DNA of 64,000 nt from Caulobacteraceae bacterium UBA3198 (GTDB lineage: Bacteria > Pseudomonadota > Alphaproteobacteria > Caulobacterales > Caulobacteraceae): contig DEWY01000015.1 of NCBI GenBank assembly GCA_002363865.1, positions 156,225 to 220,224 of the forward strand, given 5' to 3'. The notes under the pieces were generated by a model. The model had not been told where the DNA came from, searched no databases, and saw only the letters and a list, made by a program, of their open reading frames with translations. A program made the position numbers and the translations under genes. Of this stretch, positions 17,990 through 28,426 are shown one piece after another. Position 1 is the stretch's first letter. Every line of letters begins with the position of its first letter.

Positions 17990-20222
17990 GGGCTTCTCCT
18001 TCGAACATCAATGTAGAGTCGGGCGCGGCGGCCGCTGGGCGTCTGGCGATGGGCAGACTCAGAACCACCCGCGCCCCTCGTCCCCGAGCGGCGTCGGTCA
18101 GGACCAGGTCGCCGCCATGGTCCTCAAGGATCCGTTTGACGATGGCCAGGCCGAGGCCCGTCCCCTTCTCGCGGGTCGTGACATAGGGCTCGGTCAGGCG
18201 GTCGCGATCCTTTTCCGGCAGGCCCACGCCATTGTCCTCCACGGAGATGGTCGCCGTCTCATCGGCCAGCGCCATCTTCACGGTGATCTTTCCCGCAGGG
18301 CGGGGGCTGGTTTCGAGCCGGGCGTGCACGGCCTCGGCGGCGTTCTTGAGGATGTTGGTCAAGGCCTGGGCCAGCATCCGCCCATCGGCCATGACCGAAA
18401 CCTCTGGCGCAGGCTCGGCCAGGACGATCTTCAGATCGGGATTAGCCACCCCCTGGGCGAAGACCTGGGCCCGGACCAGTTCGGCCAGGTCCTGGGGTGA
18501 GAACCTGGGGGCGGGCATGCGCGCAAAGGCGGAGAACTCGTCCACCATCCGGCCGATGTCGCCGACCTGCCGCACGATGGTGTCGGTGCAGCGGTCGAAG
18601 GTCTCCAGGTCGGCCGCCGCCACATCCTTGCGGAACTTCCGCTGCAGCCGTTCGGCCGACAGCTGGATCGGCGTCAGCGGGTTCTTGATCTCATGGGCGA
18701 TGCGCCGGGCCACGTCCTTCCAGGCGGCGTTGCGCTGGGCGGCCACCAAACGGGTGATATCATCAAAGGTCAGGACCAGCCCGCTGTCGCTTCGACTGGC
18801 GCGCACCCGCAGGCGATGGCTTTCCCGCGCCCGCTGGATATCGACCTCGGCCTCGGCCTCGCCCGAGACAGCGGCCTCGCCGGCCACGGCGCTGAGTTCG
18901 GGGGCCAGTTCGGTCAGGGTGAGTCCCTCCACCTCGCCGTCGCTCAACTCCAGCAGCTGGGCGGCCTGACGGTTCAAGGCCGAGATCCGCCCGCGGCCAT
19001 CGAGCCCGATCACCCCGGCGCTCACCTCCGACAGCACCGTCTCGATGAATTCCCGGCGTCCCTCAGCCTCGTCGCTGGCACGCCTCAAGGCTTCCTGCTG
19101 CGCCTGAAGATCATGTGTCATGCTGTTGAAAGCACGAGAAAGAACCGCAATTTCCTCCGGGTCGTTCTTCGAGTCCACCCTGGCGCTGAGATCACCGCCG
19201 GCCACGCGGCCCGCCGCCTGCACCAGCCTCGCCACGGGTCCGGAAATGGCGTTGGCGGCCGACATGCCGAGCCAGACTGCCCCCACCAGCACCAGCAGGG
19301 CGGTCTCCACATAACTCAGCGCAAACACCGTCTGGATGCGCGCCCGGCTCTGGGCCGCCTCCCGATAGGAGATGAGCGAGCCCTCGGCCTCGATCAGGTG
19401 GGTGATGATCCCCGACTCTACCGGGCGCGCCACATAGAGATAGGCGTCGGGATAGTCATTCAGCCGGTACAGGGCCCGCATCAGATCCGATGAGTCGAAG
19501 GCCGGGACCGAGATGTCGCCCTCGTCGGCCGCCTGGAAACTCGATTCCGGCGGCACCACGAAGGGCGGCGCATCCGGCGCCTCGGCCCGGGCCAGGACCC
19601 GCCCCTCCCGATCTATGAGATAGGCGGCGGGAAAGGCGTGATAGGCAGACTGGTAGGACAGGAAATGCGCAAAGGTGACCGGCGAGGTGGCCAGGGCCGG
19701 CGCGGCCCGATTGAGATCCACCGACATCAATGAAACATGCTCGCCGATGTAGCGCTTCTGGTCCTCCACATAGGAGCGGGCCACCGTGGCGGAGTTCTCC
19801 ACCACGGTTTGAACCCGCTCGCTGAACCAGTTGTCGACGCCGCGGTTGACCAGCACCCCATAGAACAGGGCCACGACCACGGCCGGGGCCACAGCCGCCA
19901 GGGCGAACAGGGTGACAAAACGCAGGTGCAGCCGAGCGCCGGCGTCCACCGAACGGGCGTCTAGAAGGGCCAGCAGGCGGAACCCGACCAGGGCGGCCAG
20001 GGTCAGGATCAGCACCAGATTGAGGCTGAGCACCGTCAGAATGGCGTTGGACGCCGGCCGAAGCGGCCCGGCCTCCGGCGGCGAGGCCGCCAGGAGGATC
20101 GCCACGGCCGTCAGGACGGCGGCGAGGAAATAGCCCCCGCCAAGCACGTACCGCGACTGCATCGCACGCCAGAGTCTGGCGGACGGTCTCGCGGTTTCCA
20201 GGCTCCCGACCAGCGACGTCAT
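17979..20222 (-). CDS. ntrY: Sensor histidine kinase NtrY
   Basis: N-terminal TM helices, HAMP, PAS-like, [28 protein letters not shown] boxes; ATG at 20222 chosen, ORF extends to 20243. Confidence 0.93.
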   Translation of the reverse strand: MTSLVGSLETARPSARLWRAMQSRYVLGGGYFLAAVLTAVAILLAASPPEAGPLRPASNAILTVLSLNLVLILTLAALVGFRLLALLDARSVDAGARLHLRFVTLFALAAVAPAVVVALFYGVLVNRGVDNWFSERVQTVVENSATVARSYVEDQKRYIGEHVSLMSVDLNRAAPALATSPVTFAHFLSYQSAYHAFPAAYLIDREGRVLARAEAPDAPPFVVPPESSFQAADEGDISVPAFDSSDLMRALYRLNDYPDAYLYVARPVESGIITHLIEAEGSLISYREAAQSRARIQTVFALSYVETALLVLVGAVWLGMSAANAISGPVARLVQAAGRVAGGDLSARVDSKNDPEEIAVLSRAFNSMTHDLQAQQEALRRASDEAEGRREFIETVLSEVSAGVIGLDGRGRISALNRQAAQLLELSDGEVEGLTLTELAPELSAVAGEAAVSGEAEAEVDIQRARESHRLRVRASRSDSGLVLTFDDITRLVAAQRNAAWKDVARRIAHEIKNPLTPIQLSAERLQRKFRKDVAAADLETFDRCTDTIVRQVGDIGRMVDEFSAFARMPAPRFSPQDLAELVRAQVFAQGVANPDLKIVLAEPAPEVSVMADGRMLAQALTNILKNAAEAVHARLETSPRPAGKITVKMALADETATISVEDNGVGLPEKDRDRLTEPYVTTREKGTGLGLAIVKRILEDHGGDLVLTDAARGRGARVVLSLPIARRPAAAAPDSTLMFEGEAHGR

Positions 20223-20314
20223 GATGACGCAGCCTAGGCTCAACTGTGTCTGGAACTCAACACAGATGTTGCCAGATTACGTCAGGTTGTTCCCAGGTGC
20301 GGAATCGCCTGGCG

Positions 20315-21736
20315 TCACCTGCGCCCGCGGGTGAGGTCGACGCCCAGGTCCTGGATCTTCTTGCGCAGGGTGTTGCGGTTCAGGCCGAGGATTTCGGCGG
20401 CCCGCACCTGATTGCCCCGTGTCGCAGCCAGGGTCAGCTGGATCAGGGGCCGCTCCACCTCTTCGAGCACGCGATCATAGAGCCCCACCGGCGGCACGCC
20501 GTCAGGCTGCTCGGCGAAATAGCCGCCCAGGTGACGCTCCACCAGTTGGGCGAGGGTCAGCGGACCCTCCTGGCCCGGCTGACTGGGCTGCTGGTCGGCC
20601 AACTCCTTCTCGACAATGCGGGCGGTGATCAGCTCTTCGGCATAGAGGGCGCAGACCCGGCGGATCAGGTTCTCCAGCTCGCGGACATTGCCCGGCCAGG
20701 CGTGCAGCTTCAGGCGCTCCAGGGCCGCCTGATCGATGGTCTTGGAGGGCAAGCCCTCCCGATTGGCTCGCAGCAGGAAGGAGCGGGCCAGATCGGGGAT
20801 GTCCTCGGTGCGGTCACGCAGGGGCGGCAGACGGATGGGCGCCACGTTCAGCCGGAAATAGAGATCCTCACGGAACAGGCCCTGGGCGATCAGGGCGCGC
20901 AGATCGCGGTTGGTGGCGGCGATCAGACGGGCGTTGGGACGCCGGCCGGTCTTCGGATTCAGCGCCGGCTCGGACCCATCGATCACCCGCAACAGACGGG
21001 TCTGCGCATCCAGCGGCATGTCGCCGATCTCGTCCAGGAACAGGGTGCCGCCATCAGCCTCCACCAGCTTGCCGCTGTCCCCGTCGGCGCGCCCGAACAG
21101 CTCGGCCTCGACCCGCTCCCGAGGCGTGGCGGCCAGATTGATGACCACGAACTTGCCGTCCTTGCGGCGGCCCATGTCGTGCAGGGCCCGGGCCACCAGC
21201 TCCTTGCCGGTGCCGGACTCCCCGAGGATCAGGACGGTGAGGTCGGCGCCCACCAGTCGGGCGATGGTGCGATAGACCTCCTGCATCGGCGCAGACCGCC
21301 CGATCAGCGGCAGGCGCTCATCACGCATAGCCCGCGCCTGAGCCCGGGACGCCTCCGGATCGGCCGGCCGCGCCAGGGCGCGGCGGGCGAGCGCGGTCAT
21401 GTCGTCCAGATCGAAGGGCTTGGGCACATAGTCGAATGCGCCAATCTCGGCGGCGTTGACTGCGGTCAGCAGGGTGTTCTGCGCGCTCATGATGATGACG
21501 GGCAGCTTGGGCCGCTCCTTGCGGATCCGCGGCAACACGTCGAACACGTTCTCATCGGGCATCATCACATCGGTGATGACCAGATCCCCCTCCCCCTCGG
21601 ACACCCATTTCAGCAGGGTCGAGGCGTTGCCGGTGGCCCGGACCTGGTAGCCGAGCCGGGTGAAGGACTGGGACAGGACGAGGCGGATGGAGGAGTCATC
21701 ATCGGCGATCAGGATCTTCTTTCCGGCGGCGCTCAT
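20315..21736 (-). CDS. ntrC: Nitrogen regulator NtrC lacking the GAFTGA loop
   Basis: Receiver (ITDVMMP, MSAQNT), [57 protein letters not shown]; ELFG is followed by RADGDSGK rather than HEKGAFTGA. Confidence 0.95.
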   Translation of the reverse strand: MSAAGKKILIADDDSSIRLVLSQSFTRLGYQVRATGNASTLLKWVSEGEGDLVITDVMMPDENVFDVLPRIRKERPKLPVIIMSAQNTLLTAVNAAEIGAFDYVPKPFDLDDMTALARRALARPADPEASRAQARAMRDERLPLIGRSAPMQEVYRTIARLVGADLTVLILGESGTGKELVARALHDMGRRKDGKFVVINLAATPRERVEAELFGRADGDSGKLVEADGGTLFLDEIGDMPLDAQTRLLRVIDGSEPALNPKTGRRPNARLIAATNRDLRALIAQGLFREDLYFRLNVAPIRLPPLRDRTEDIPDLARSFLLRANREGLPSKTIDQAALERLKLHAWPGNVRELENLIRRVCALYAEELITARIVEKELADQQPSQPGQEGPLTLAQLVERHLGGYFAEQPDGVPPVGLYDRVLEEVERPLIQLTLAATRGNQVRAAEILGLNRNTLRKKIQDLGVDLTRGRR

Positions 21737-22848
21737 GCCGTAACGTCCTTTTCAGTCACAATGGGAAGCAACACCCGGAACACCGTCCGACCGGGCTCGG
21801 ATTCGAAGTCGATCAGGCCGCCGTGGCCGACCACCAGCTTGGAGACCAGGGCGAGGCCCAGGCCAGCCCCCATCGGCTTGGTGGTGACGAAGGGCTGAAA
21901 CAGGCTCTCGCGAAGGTGGGCGGGAACGCCCGGGCCATTGTCCTGAATGCGGACCTCAAGCGGCGCGCCGCGCAGCTGACGGTCCTTGGCCGACCGCACG
22001 CGGACACCGTGGCGGAACGCCGTGGTGATCAGCACCTCGCCGCGACCGTCGCCGCGCATGTGGGCGGCTTCGGAAGCGTTCTTCACCAGATTGAGGAAGA
22101 CCTGGATCAGCTGATCCTCGTCGCCGGGGGTGGAGGGCAGCGAGGGATCATACTGCTCGCGCAGCACGAGGCCGTCGGCCACCCCGTTAACGGCCAGGGC
22201 GCGAACCCGGTCCAGAACCTCGTGAATATTGACGGGATCGCGGGCCGGCGGCGCGTCGTCGGCGAAGACCTCCATGCGGTCCACCAGACGCTTCACCCGG
22301 TCCGTCTCATCGACGATCAACTGCGCCAAAGGCACGTCGTCGGCACGGGCGCCCGCCTTCAGGAGTTGGGCAGCCCCGCGGATGCCGGCCAGGGGGTTCT
22401 TGATCTCGTGGGCGAGCATCCGCCCCAGGCCCATGATCGAGCGCAGTCCGGCCGCATCGCCGCCGAACTCGGAAAAGACGCCCCCCTTGACCTGTAAGGA
22501 CAAGAGCACCGACCCATCGCCCAGGGGCGCAGCCGCCCCATCGGCCTCGAAGGTGGGCTGGCCGAACAGGTTGATCTCCAGCCCTCGCTCCCGCACCGCG
22601 CCGCCTTCTTCCAGGGCGCGGTTCAACAGCGCCACCATTGGAGAATCCGGCGGCAGGGCGGCGCGGAAGCGTCCCCGCGCCAGGAGCCCGAGCCCCTGCC
22701 CAAACAGCGCCTCGGCGGCCTCGTTCACAGCGATCAGGGCGCCTTGGCCATCAATGACCAGGGCCGGTTCAGGACTCAGGTCGAAGGCGGCCGATTTCAG
22801 GGCCTGCAGGTCGACCCCTGCCGGTTTGGTTCTGGTCCGACTGGTCAT
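21733..22848 (-). CDS. ntrB: Sensor histidine kinase NtrB
   Basis: [48 protein letters not shown]; ATG overlaps the dusB stop. Confidence 0.95.
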   Translation of the reverse strand: MTSRTRTKPAGVDLQALKSAAFDLSPEPALVIDGQGALIAVNEAAEALFGQGLGLLARGRFRAALPPDSPMVALLNRALEEGGAVRERGLEINLFGQPTFEADGAAAPLGDGSVLLSLQVKGGVFSEFGGDAAGLRSIMGLGRMLAHEIKNPLAGIRGAAQLLKAGARADDVPLAQLIVDETDRVKRLVDRMEVFADDAPPARDPVNIHEVLDRVRALAVNGVADGLVLREQYDPSLPSTPGDEDQLIQVFLNLVKNASEAAHMRGDGRGEVLITTAFRHGVRVRSAKDRQLRGAPLEVRIQDNGPGVPAHLRESLFQPFVTTKPMGAGLGLALVSKLVVGHGGLIDFESEPGRTVFRVLLPIVTEKDVTA

Positions 22849-23852
22849 GCGGCCAACCTCGTCTCGGGATCGCGCCACAGCGCGATCAGCTCCAGTTTCA
22901 CCTGGGACGGATCCTCCAGTCGGCAGATCCGCCCGCGGGCGGCTCGCCTGGCCTCGGCCTGCGTGGGCCAGGGCGCGTTATCGATGTAGGCGGCCAGGTG
23001 CTTGCGGAAGATCCGCAGCCCAAGACGTTCGCCGTAGAAGTCGAGACTATCGTCGAGATGGGCCAGGACGATCGCCAGCCTGGTCTCCACGTCGGGGCTT
23101 TCGAAGACTGCGCCCGACAGCGCCGCCTCGATCTCGGCGGCGATCCAGGGGCGGCCATAGACGCCCCGGCCGACCATCACCCCGTCCGCGCCGGACTGGT
23201 CCAGCGCTGCCTGGGCGGTGGCGCCATCGACGATGTCGCCATTGACGATCACCGGGATGTCCACGGCGGCCTTGACCGGCGCGACGGCGGCCCAGTCGGC
23301 GGCGCCGCGATAGAACTGGCTGCGGGTGCGGCCATGCACCGTGATCGCCTGGACCCCTCGGCCCTGGAACCGCACGGCGAGGTCGGGCGCATTGAGCGAG
23401 GCCTCGTCCCAGCCGAGACGCATCTTGGCGGTCACGGGGACGTCGACGGCCTCGACCACAGCCGCGACTATGGCTTCAGCCAGATCGGGCTCGCGCATCA
23501 GGGCCGAGCCACAGGCGACCCCCGTCACTTCGCGGGCCGGACAGCCAAAGTTGAGATCGATGATCTGGGCGCCGGCCTGAACCGCCAGGCGGGCGCCTTG
23601 CGCCATCGTGGCGGGGTCCTTGCCCACCAGCTGAACGACCATGAGGGGCAGGCCCTCGCCGACCGCCGCGCGCCGGACGACATCGGGCCGTCCCTTGGCG
23701 AATTCGTCCGACGCCACCATCTCGGTGGCCACATAGGACGCCCCCAGACGACTGGCCAAACGACGGAACGGCAGATCAGACACCCCGGTCATAGGCGCGA
23801 TCCAGACGCGCCCGCCCACCTTCACCGTACCGACCTTGAGCTGTTTGCTCAT
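22845..23852 (-). CDS. dusB: tRNA-dihydrouridine synthase DusB (NifR3)
   Basis: APMTGVSD.PFR, IDLNFGCP, GSALMR, HGRTR.Q.Y, NGDI, GRG..GRPW. Confidence 0.93.
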   Translation of the reverse strand: MSKQLKVGTVKVGGRVWIAPMTGVSDLPFRRLASRLGASYVATEMVASDEFAKGRPDVVRRAAVGEGLPLMVVQLVGKDPATMAQGARLAVQAGAQIIDLNFGCPAREVTGVACGSALMREPDLAEAIVAAVVEAVDVPVTAKMRLGWDEASLNAPDLAVRFQGRGVQAITVHGRTRSQFYRGAADWAAVAPVKAAVDIPVIVNGDIVDGATAQAALDQSGADGVMVGRGVYGRPWIAAEIEAALSGAVFESPDVETRLAIVLAHLDDSLDFYGERLGLRIFRKHLAAYIDNAPWPTQAEARRAARGRICRLEDPSQVKLELIALWRDPETRLAA

Positions 23853-23905
23853 TTTATAGTCACCCCTACCGACCGCTTTTTAGGCAATTTGTGCGGCGCC
23901 GTAAA

Positions 23906-23927
23906 GCCTGGACAACATCGTCCAGGC
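23906..23927. repeat. Perfect 8-bp inverted repeat in the dusB/ispDF divergent promoter region
   Basis: GCCTGGAC-AACATC-GTCCAGGC read directly; function unknown. Confidence 0.5.
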
Positions 23928-23942
23928 GCCTAAACACAGGCC

Positions 23943-25091
23943 ATGAGCTTTTCGGCCATAGTGGTCGCCGCGGGAAGCGGTCTTCGCGCCGGCGCCGGCG
24001 TCCCCAAGGCGTGGCGCCATCTGGGCGGCCGTGCTGTGGCCAGATGGTCTCTCGAGACCCTGGCCGCGGCCGGCGCGTCGCCACTGCTCGTCGTCGTCGC
24101 CGAGGACATGCGCGTAGAGGCTGAGACGGCCCTGAGCGGGCTGAGCGGGATCACCCTTGTCCCGGGCGGGGCCACCCGCGCCGCCTCGGTCCAGGCGGGG
24201 CTGGCCGGGCTCGGTGATGCGCCGGATGACCACAGGGTCCTGATCCACGATGCGGCGCGGCCGTTCCTCACCAGAGCGCATGTGGAACGGCTGCTCGTTG
24301 GCCTGGAAGGAGGCCAGGGCGCCATCCTGGCGCTTCCCCTGGCCGACACCTTGAAGCGGAATGACGAGGCTCATCTGGCGACGCCCTCACGGGAGGGGCT
24401 CTGGCGGGCCCAGACGCCGCAGGCCTTCCGGCTAGCCGCTCTCAAACGAGGTTATGAAGCCTGGGATTTCTCCGTCGAACCGACCGATGACGCCCAGGTG
24501 GTCACCAACACCGGCGGCAAGGTCGCCCTGGTTGCTGGCGATCCCATGCTGTTCAAGCTGACCTATCCGGAGGATTTCGTCATGGCCGAGCAACTGGCCG
24601 GCGGCGCCCGGCAGGTCCGGACCGGGATGGGCTACGACGCCCACCGGTGGGGGCCCGGCGACGCCGTCTGGCTGTGCGGCGTCAGCATCGACCATGATCA
24701 GACCCTGATTGGCCATTCCGACGCCGACGCCGGGCTGCACGCCCTGACCGACGCCTTGCTGGGCGCCCTGGGGGCCGGCGATATCGGCGAACATTTCCCC
24801 CCCAGCGATCCGCAATGGCGCGGGGCCTCCTCCGACCGGTTCTTGGCTCATGCCGCGGGCCTGGTGAGAGCTCGGGGCGGACAGATCGTCAATGTCGATG
24901 TCACGCTGATCTGTGAGCGGCCGAAGATCAGGCCGCACCGGGACGCCATGCGCGCCCGCGTCGCCGAAATCCTGGCCGTGAAAGAAGACCAGGTCAGCGT
25001 GAAGGCCACGACGACCGAGGGCATGGGCTTCACCGGCCGCCAGGAGGGCCTGGCGGCCCAGGCCATCGCGACGATCGAACAGCCCCGCTAG
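23943..25091 (+). CDS. ispDF: Bifunctional IspD/IspF
   Basis: AAGSG.R, GG.TR..SV, IHDAARPF, QTPQ.F, TDD; then G.GYDAH, GHSDAD..LHALTDA.LGA, DIG.HFPP, VKATT.E.MGF.GR.EG. Confidence 0.95.
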   Translation: MSFSAIVVAAGSGLRAGAGVPKAWRHLGGRAVARWSLETLAAAGASPLLVVVAEDMRVEAETALSGLSGITLVPGGATRAASVQAGLAGLGDAPDDHRVLIHDAARPFLTRAHVERLLVGLEGGQGAILALPLADTLKRNDEAHLATPSREGLWRAQTPQAFRLAALKRGYEAWDFSVEPTDDAQVVTNTGGKVALVAGDPMLFKLTYPEDFVMAEQLAGGARQVRTGMGYDAHRWGPGDAVWLCGVSIDHDQTLIGHSDADAGLHALTDALLGALGAGDIGEHFPPSDPQWRGASSDRFLAHAAGLVRARGGQIVNVDVTLICERPKIRPHRDAMRARVAEILAVKEDQVSVKATTTEGMGFTGRQEGLAAQAIATIEQPR

Positions 25092-25107
25092 GCTGGCGGC
25101 GCCGCCC

Positions 25108-27363
25108 TCACGGGAGCCAGGTCCAGACTTCCTTCATCCGGGCATAGAGGGCCCCTGGCAGGTTGGTGTAGGCGTCCGTCCACGGCGCCGTCAGTGTCCC
25201 GTCGACTGGATCCCAGCGCACATCATTCTCATAGGGCAGCAAGCCCTCCGGCGTTCGCGCCACAATGACCACATCCTCGGCCGACTCCCAGAGGACCGGG
25301 CTGTCATAGGCCGCCGCATGACGCTGCAGCAGCCCATGGCCGCCGGCCGCCGTCACTACAGCCATGGCTGGCGAGATCAGGTCCAGATTGCGGTTGGACA
25401 GATGCATGATCAGCACGCCGTCCGGCTTCAGCTTGGCCAGATACATCTCCACGGCTTCCACCGTAAGCAGGTGAGCCGGGACGGCGTCCGAGGAGAAGGC
25501 GTCCAGCAACAGGAGGTCGAACCGGCCCTCCGGCTGGTCTTCCAGGGTCAGGCGCGCGTCACCGATCACATAGTCGATCGGCCCCTTGGCGCACTCGGTC
25601 GTGTAGGAGAAGTAGGCGGGGTCATTGGCGATCTCGACCATCAGCGGGTCAATCTCGAAGAAGGTCAGCCGATCCTCCGGCCGCACATAGGCCGCCACCG
25701 TGCCGGTCCCCAGGCCTACGGCCCCGATGATGAGGCTGGCCCGCTCAGCCCGTTTGGCCGCGAACACCTGACCGATGGGCGTCTCCGGCGCGTAATAGAC
25801 CAGCGGCCGGCAGCGGTGCTCAGGGGCCCGGGCCTGGGCGCCGTGCAGGGTCGTGCCATGGGCCAGCATGTGGACGGTTCCACCCAGGGCCTGGACCGGC
25901 ATCACCGACTGCCGCGCGACGCCGAAGAAGCTGCGCCAGGTCTGGCGCACATCCACCCTGTCTCCGGCCATTTGCGCCGAGATCAACAGCATTGACACCG
26001 TCGCCAGGAACAGGATCGAGCTGCGCCGCATCAGGAAGGCTGAAACGGTCACCACGCCCAGCAGGATGCGCACGACAGAGTCGCTCTGGGCGTACAGGCC
26101 CGCCAGGATGGGCGCGGCGATGACCGCCACGACGCAGACCGCGAACAGGCCCCATCGCCAGAACGGGCCAGTCTCCCACGTCCAGGGCCTCGCCAGGCAC
26201 GACAGAGCCAGCACCAGGGGGTACTCCCAGACATTGGTGAAAATGACCGGGGCGACGAAGGCGTTGAAGCCGCCCCCCACCACCCCGCCGATGGACAGGC
26301 AGAGATAGAACTCCGTCAGCCGGGCCGGCGGCGGTCGCCGGGCCACCAGCGCCTGATGGCAGACCAGCGCCGTGAGGAAGAAGGCTGCCAGATGAACGCC
26401 GAGCTGGATGACCAGATTGGTGGTGTGGAACGGCATGATCACTGCGCAGGCCACCACGGCGGCGGCCTGGAACATCAGCGCCGTCTCCGGGGAGATCAGC
26501 GGCCGCTCCTGGAAGGCGATGATGAAGGTCAGCAGATAGAGGGCCAGCGGCACCACCCAGATGAAGGGGGCCGAGGCCACGTCGGTGGTGATATGGGTCG
26601 TCACCCCCAGCATCAGGCTCGACGGGATCGCCGCCAGTCCGATCCAGATCAGCCGCTGGCGCCAGGGCCGACCGCTCAGGGCGGCCTCGATCTGGACAAT
26701 CGGATTGGGCGTGCTCACCTCAAGGCGAGGCGCCCGGGCTACCAGCAGGCCGAGACTGGCCATCAGCACCACGAAACCCCCGTAGGCCAGGCTCCAGATG
26801 AAGGTCTGGGCCTGGACGGCCAGGGTCGGCTCGACGACCAGGGGGTAGGCCAGCAGGGCGATCAGGCTGCCCAGATTGCTCGCGGCATAGAGGACATAGG
26901 GCCCCCGCCCCTCCCCTTCGCGAAAGATGCGCGCGTGCCAGGCCTGGGCGAGCGGCGCGGTCGCCGAGAGCACGGCGAAGGGCGCGCCCACCATGAGGGC
27001 CAGCGCCGCCAGCAGCCAGAGGGCCGGATGGTCCGAGGACGGCGGCCCCAGCAGCTCATGTACGCGCAGCGGCAGCACCAGGGCGGCCAGCAGCAGGGCG
27101 CCGCCGTGGATCATCGCCTGACGGCGCACGGTCCCGACCCGCTGCAACAGGTGAGCATAGGCGTAGCCGGCCAGCAGCGCGGCCTGGAAGAACGCCATGC
27201 TGGTGTTCCACACCGCTGGCGCGCCGCCCATCAAGGGCAGCAGCAGCTTGGCGGCCATGGGCTGCACCATGAAGACGAGCGTGGCGCTGGCGAAGACCGT
27301 GAGGCCAAACAGGGCCGGCGCGACGGCGGGTCTGGCCTTGGGGAGGGTGTCCTGCAGGGTCAT
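25108..27363 (-). CDS. Multi-TM membrane protein fused to a spermidine synthase-like SAM methyltransferase domain
   Basis: Many TM helices then HGTTLHG.Q, YY, VGLGTGT, FEIDP, GDARL, DAFSSD.VP.HLLT.EA, H.SNR. Confidence 0.85.
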   Translation of the reverse strand: MTLQDTLPKARPAVAPALFGLTVFASATLVFMVQPMAAKLLLPLMGGAPAVWNTSMAFFQAALLAGYAYAHLLQRVGTVRRQAMIHGGALLLAALVLPLRVHELLGPPSSDHPALWLLAALALMVGAPFAVLSATAPLAQAWHARIFREGEGRGPYVLYAASNLGSLIALLAYPLVVEPTLAVQAQTFIWSLAYGGFVVLMASLGLLVARAPRLEVSTPNPIVQIEAALSGRPWRQRLIWIGLAAIPSSLMLGVTTHITTDVASAPFIWVVPLALYLLTFIIAFQERPLISPETALMFQAAAVVACAVIMPFHTTNLVIQLGVHLAAFFLTALVCHQALVARRPPPARLTEFYLCLSIGGVVGGGFNAFVAPVIFTNVWEYPLVLALSCLARPWTWETGPFWRWGLFAVCVVAVIAAPILAGLYAQSDSVVRILLGVVTVSAFLMRRSSILFLATVSMLLISAQMAGDRVDVRQTWRSFFGVARQSVMPVQALGGTVHMLAHGTTLHGAQARAPEHRCRPLVYYAPETPIGQVFAAKRAERASLIIGAVGLGTGTVAAYVRPEDRLTFFEIDPLMVEIANDPAYFSYTTECAKGPIDYVIGDARLTLEDQPEGRFDLLLLDAFSSDAVPAHLLTVEAVEMYLAKLKPDGVLIMHLSNRNLDLISPAMAVVTAAGGHGLLQRHAAAYDSPVLWESAEDVVIVARTPEGLLPYENDVRWDPVDGTLTAPWTDAYTNLPGALYARMKEVWTWLP

Positions 27364-27458
27364 GGCGCCGATTCGGCTTGTAAGATCAGGGCGGCCAATG
27401 GTGTGGTCTGCCCGACCCGGCGCCTAGCGCCCTTTCGTACCTGGCATCGGATACAGCC

Positions 27459-27950
27459 ATGTTTTCTTTGGAAATCGAGACCTTGGCGCGGCTTCTCATC
27501 GATGAGGCCCGCCAGAAATCCCTGCGAATCGTCACCGCCGAGAGCTGCACGGGCGGACTGGTGAGCGCGGCGATCTGCGCGATTCCGGGCGCGTCTGACG
27601 TCCTGGACCGGGGTTTTGTCACCTATTCTAACCGCGCCAAGCAAGAGATGCTCGGGGTGCCCGGGGACCTGATCGCCGATCTGGGCGCGGTCTCGGAGCC
27701 TGTGGCACGCATGATGGCCGAAGGCGCGCTGGAGAATTCGAACGCCCATCTGGCGGTGGCGATCACCGGCATTGCGGGCCCCGACGGCGGCACCCGGATG
27801 AAGCCCGTCGGCACGGTGCATATCGCCACCGCGCGGACCAATCACGGTCTCACCCACCGGGCGGAGCTGTTTGAGTTCGAGACCCGGTTTGAAATCCAGC
27901 AGGCCGCCGCCCAGGCCGCTCTGGAAATGTTGCGCGAGCGGCTGACCTGA
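27459..27950 (+). CDS. CinA C-terminal domain protein (PncC-like NMN deamidase)
   Basis: TAESCTGG, GFVTYSN.AK..MLGV, GAVSE.VA..MA.GA, TGIAGP.GG...KPVGTV. Confidence 0.9.
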   Translation: MFSLEIETLARLLIDEARQKSLRIVTAESCTGGLVSAAICAIPGASDVLDRGFVTYSNRAKQEMLGVPGDLIADLGAVSEPVARMMAEGALENSNAHLAVAITGIAGPDGGTRMKPVGTVHIATARTNHGLTHRAELFEFETRFEIQQAAAQAALEMLRERLT

Positions 27951-27954
27951 AGAC

Positions 27955-28416
27955 TCAGGCCGGATCGGCGGGGGCGCCGTAGAGGTCGCGGGCCCTTGCC
28001 TCGAAACAGCCGATCAGTCGATCCACGGCGTTGTGGAAGTTGGCGCTCAGCAGAGCGGCCAGCATCTTCGACTTGAATTCGAAATCGATCTCGAACTCGA
28101 TCCGGGTCCCGGCCGGGTCCTCATGGAACCGCCAGCGGTTCTCCAGCCGCTTGAAGGGTCCAGAGATCAGGCTGACCTGGATGACGCGTCCCGCGGAGTC
28201 GCGCCGCACCCGTGTCGAGAATCGTTCCTTGAGGAACGAGAACCCCACGGCCGCTTCGGCGTCCAGCATGTCGACGCCCTCGCCCACAGGCCGCTGGTTC
28301 CAGCTGCGCATGCCGGTGATCCAGGGAACGAAGTCCGGATAGCGGTCCACGTCCCCCACCAGATCAAACAGCTGGTCGGGCCGGTACGGCAGCACCTTCT
28401 GAACGCGATGGTACAA
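27955..28416 (-). CDS. RatA/Coq10 START-domain protein
   Basis: PY..DQLFDLV.DV.RYP.F.PW, GF..LKERFSTRV, GPFKRLENRW.F; likely TTG start at 28416. Confidence 0.88.
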   Translation of the reverse strand: MYHRVQKVLPYRPDQLFDLVGDVDRYPDFVPWITGMRSWNQRPVGEGVDMLDAEAAVGFSFLKERFSTRVRRDSAGRVIQVSLISGPFKRLENRWRFHEDPAGTRIEFEIDFEFKSKMLAALLSANFHNAVDRLIGCFEARARDLYGAPADPA

Positions 28417-28426
28417 GGATTTCGGC

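Noticed and set aside
23870-23900. NtrC binding site upstream of dusB-ntrBC
   Set aside because: Only a half-site (TGCCTAAAAA) is recognisable. Autoregulation is plausible from known biology but not supported by a full motif here.
27955-28416. RatA as a toxin-antitoxin module
   Set aside because: No RatB/PasI partner; the lipA-linked alphaproteobacterial gene is the Coq10-like housekeeping form.
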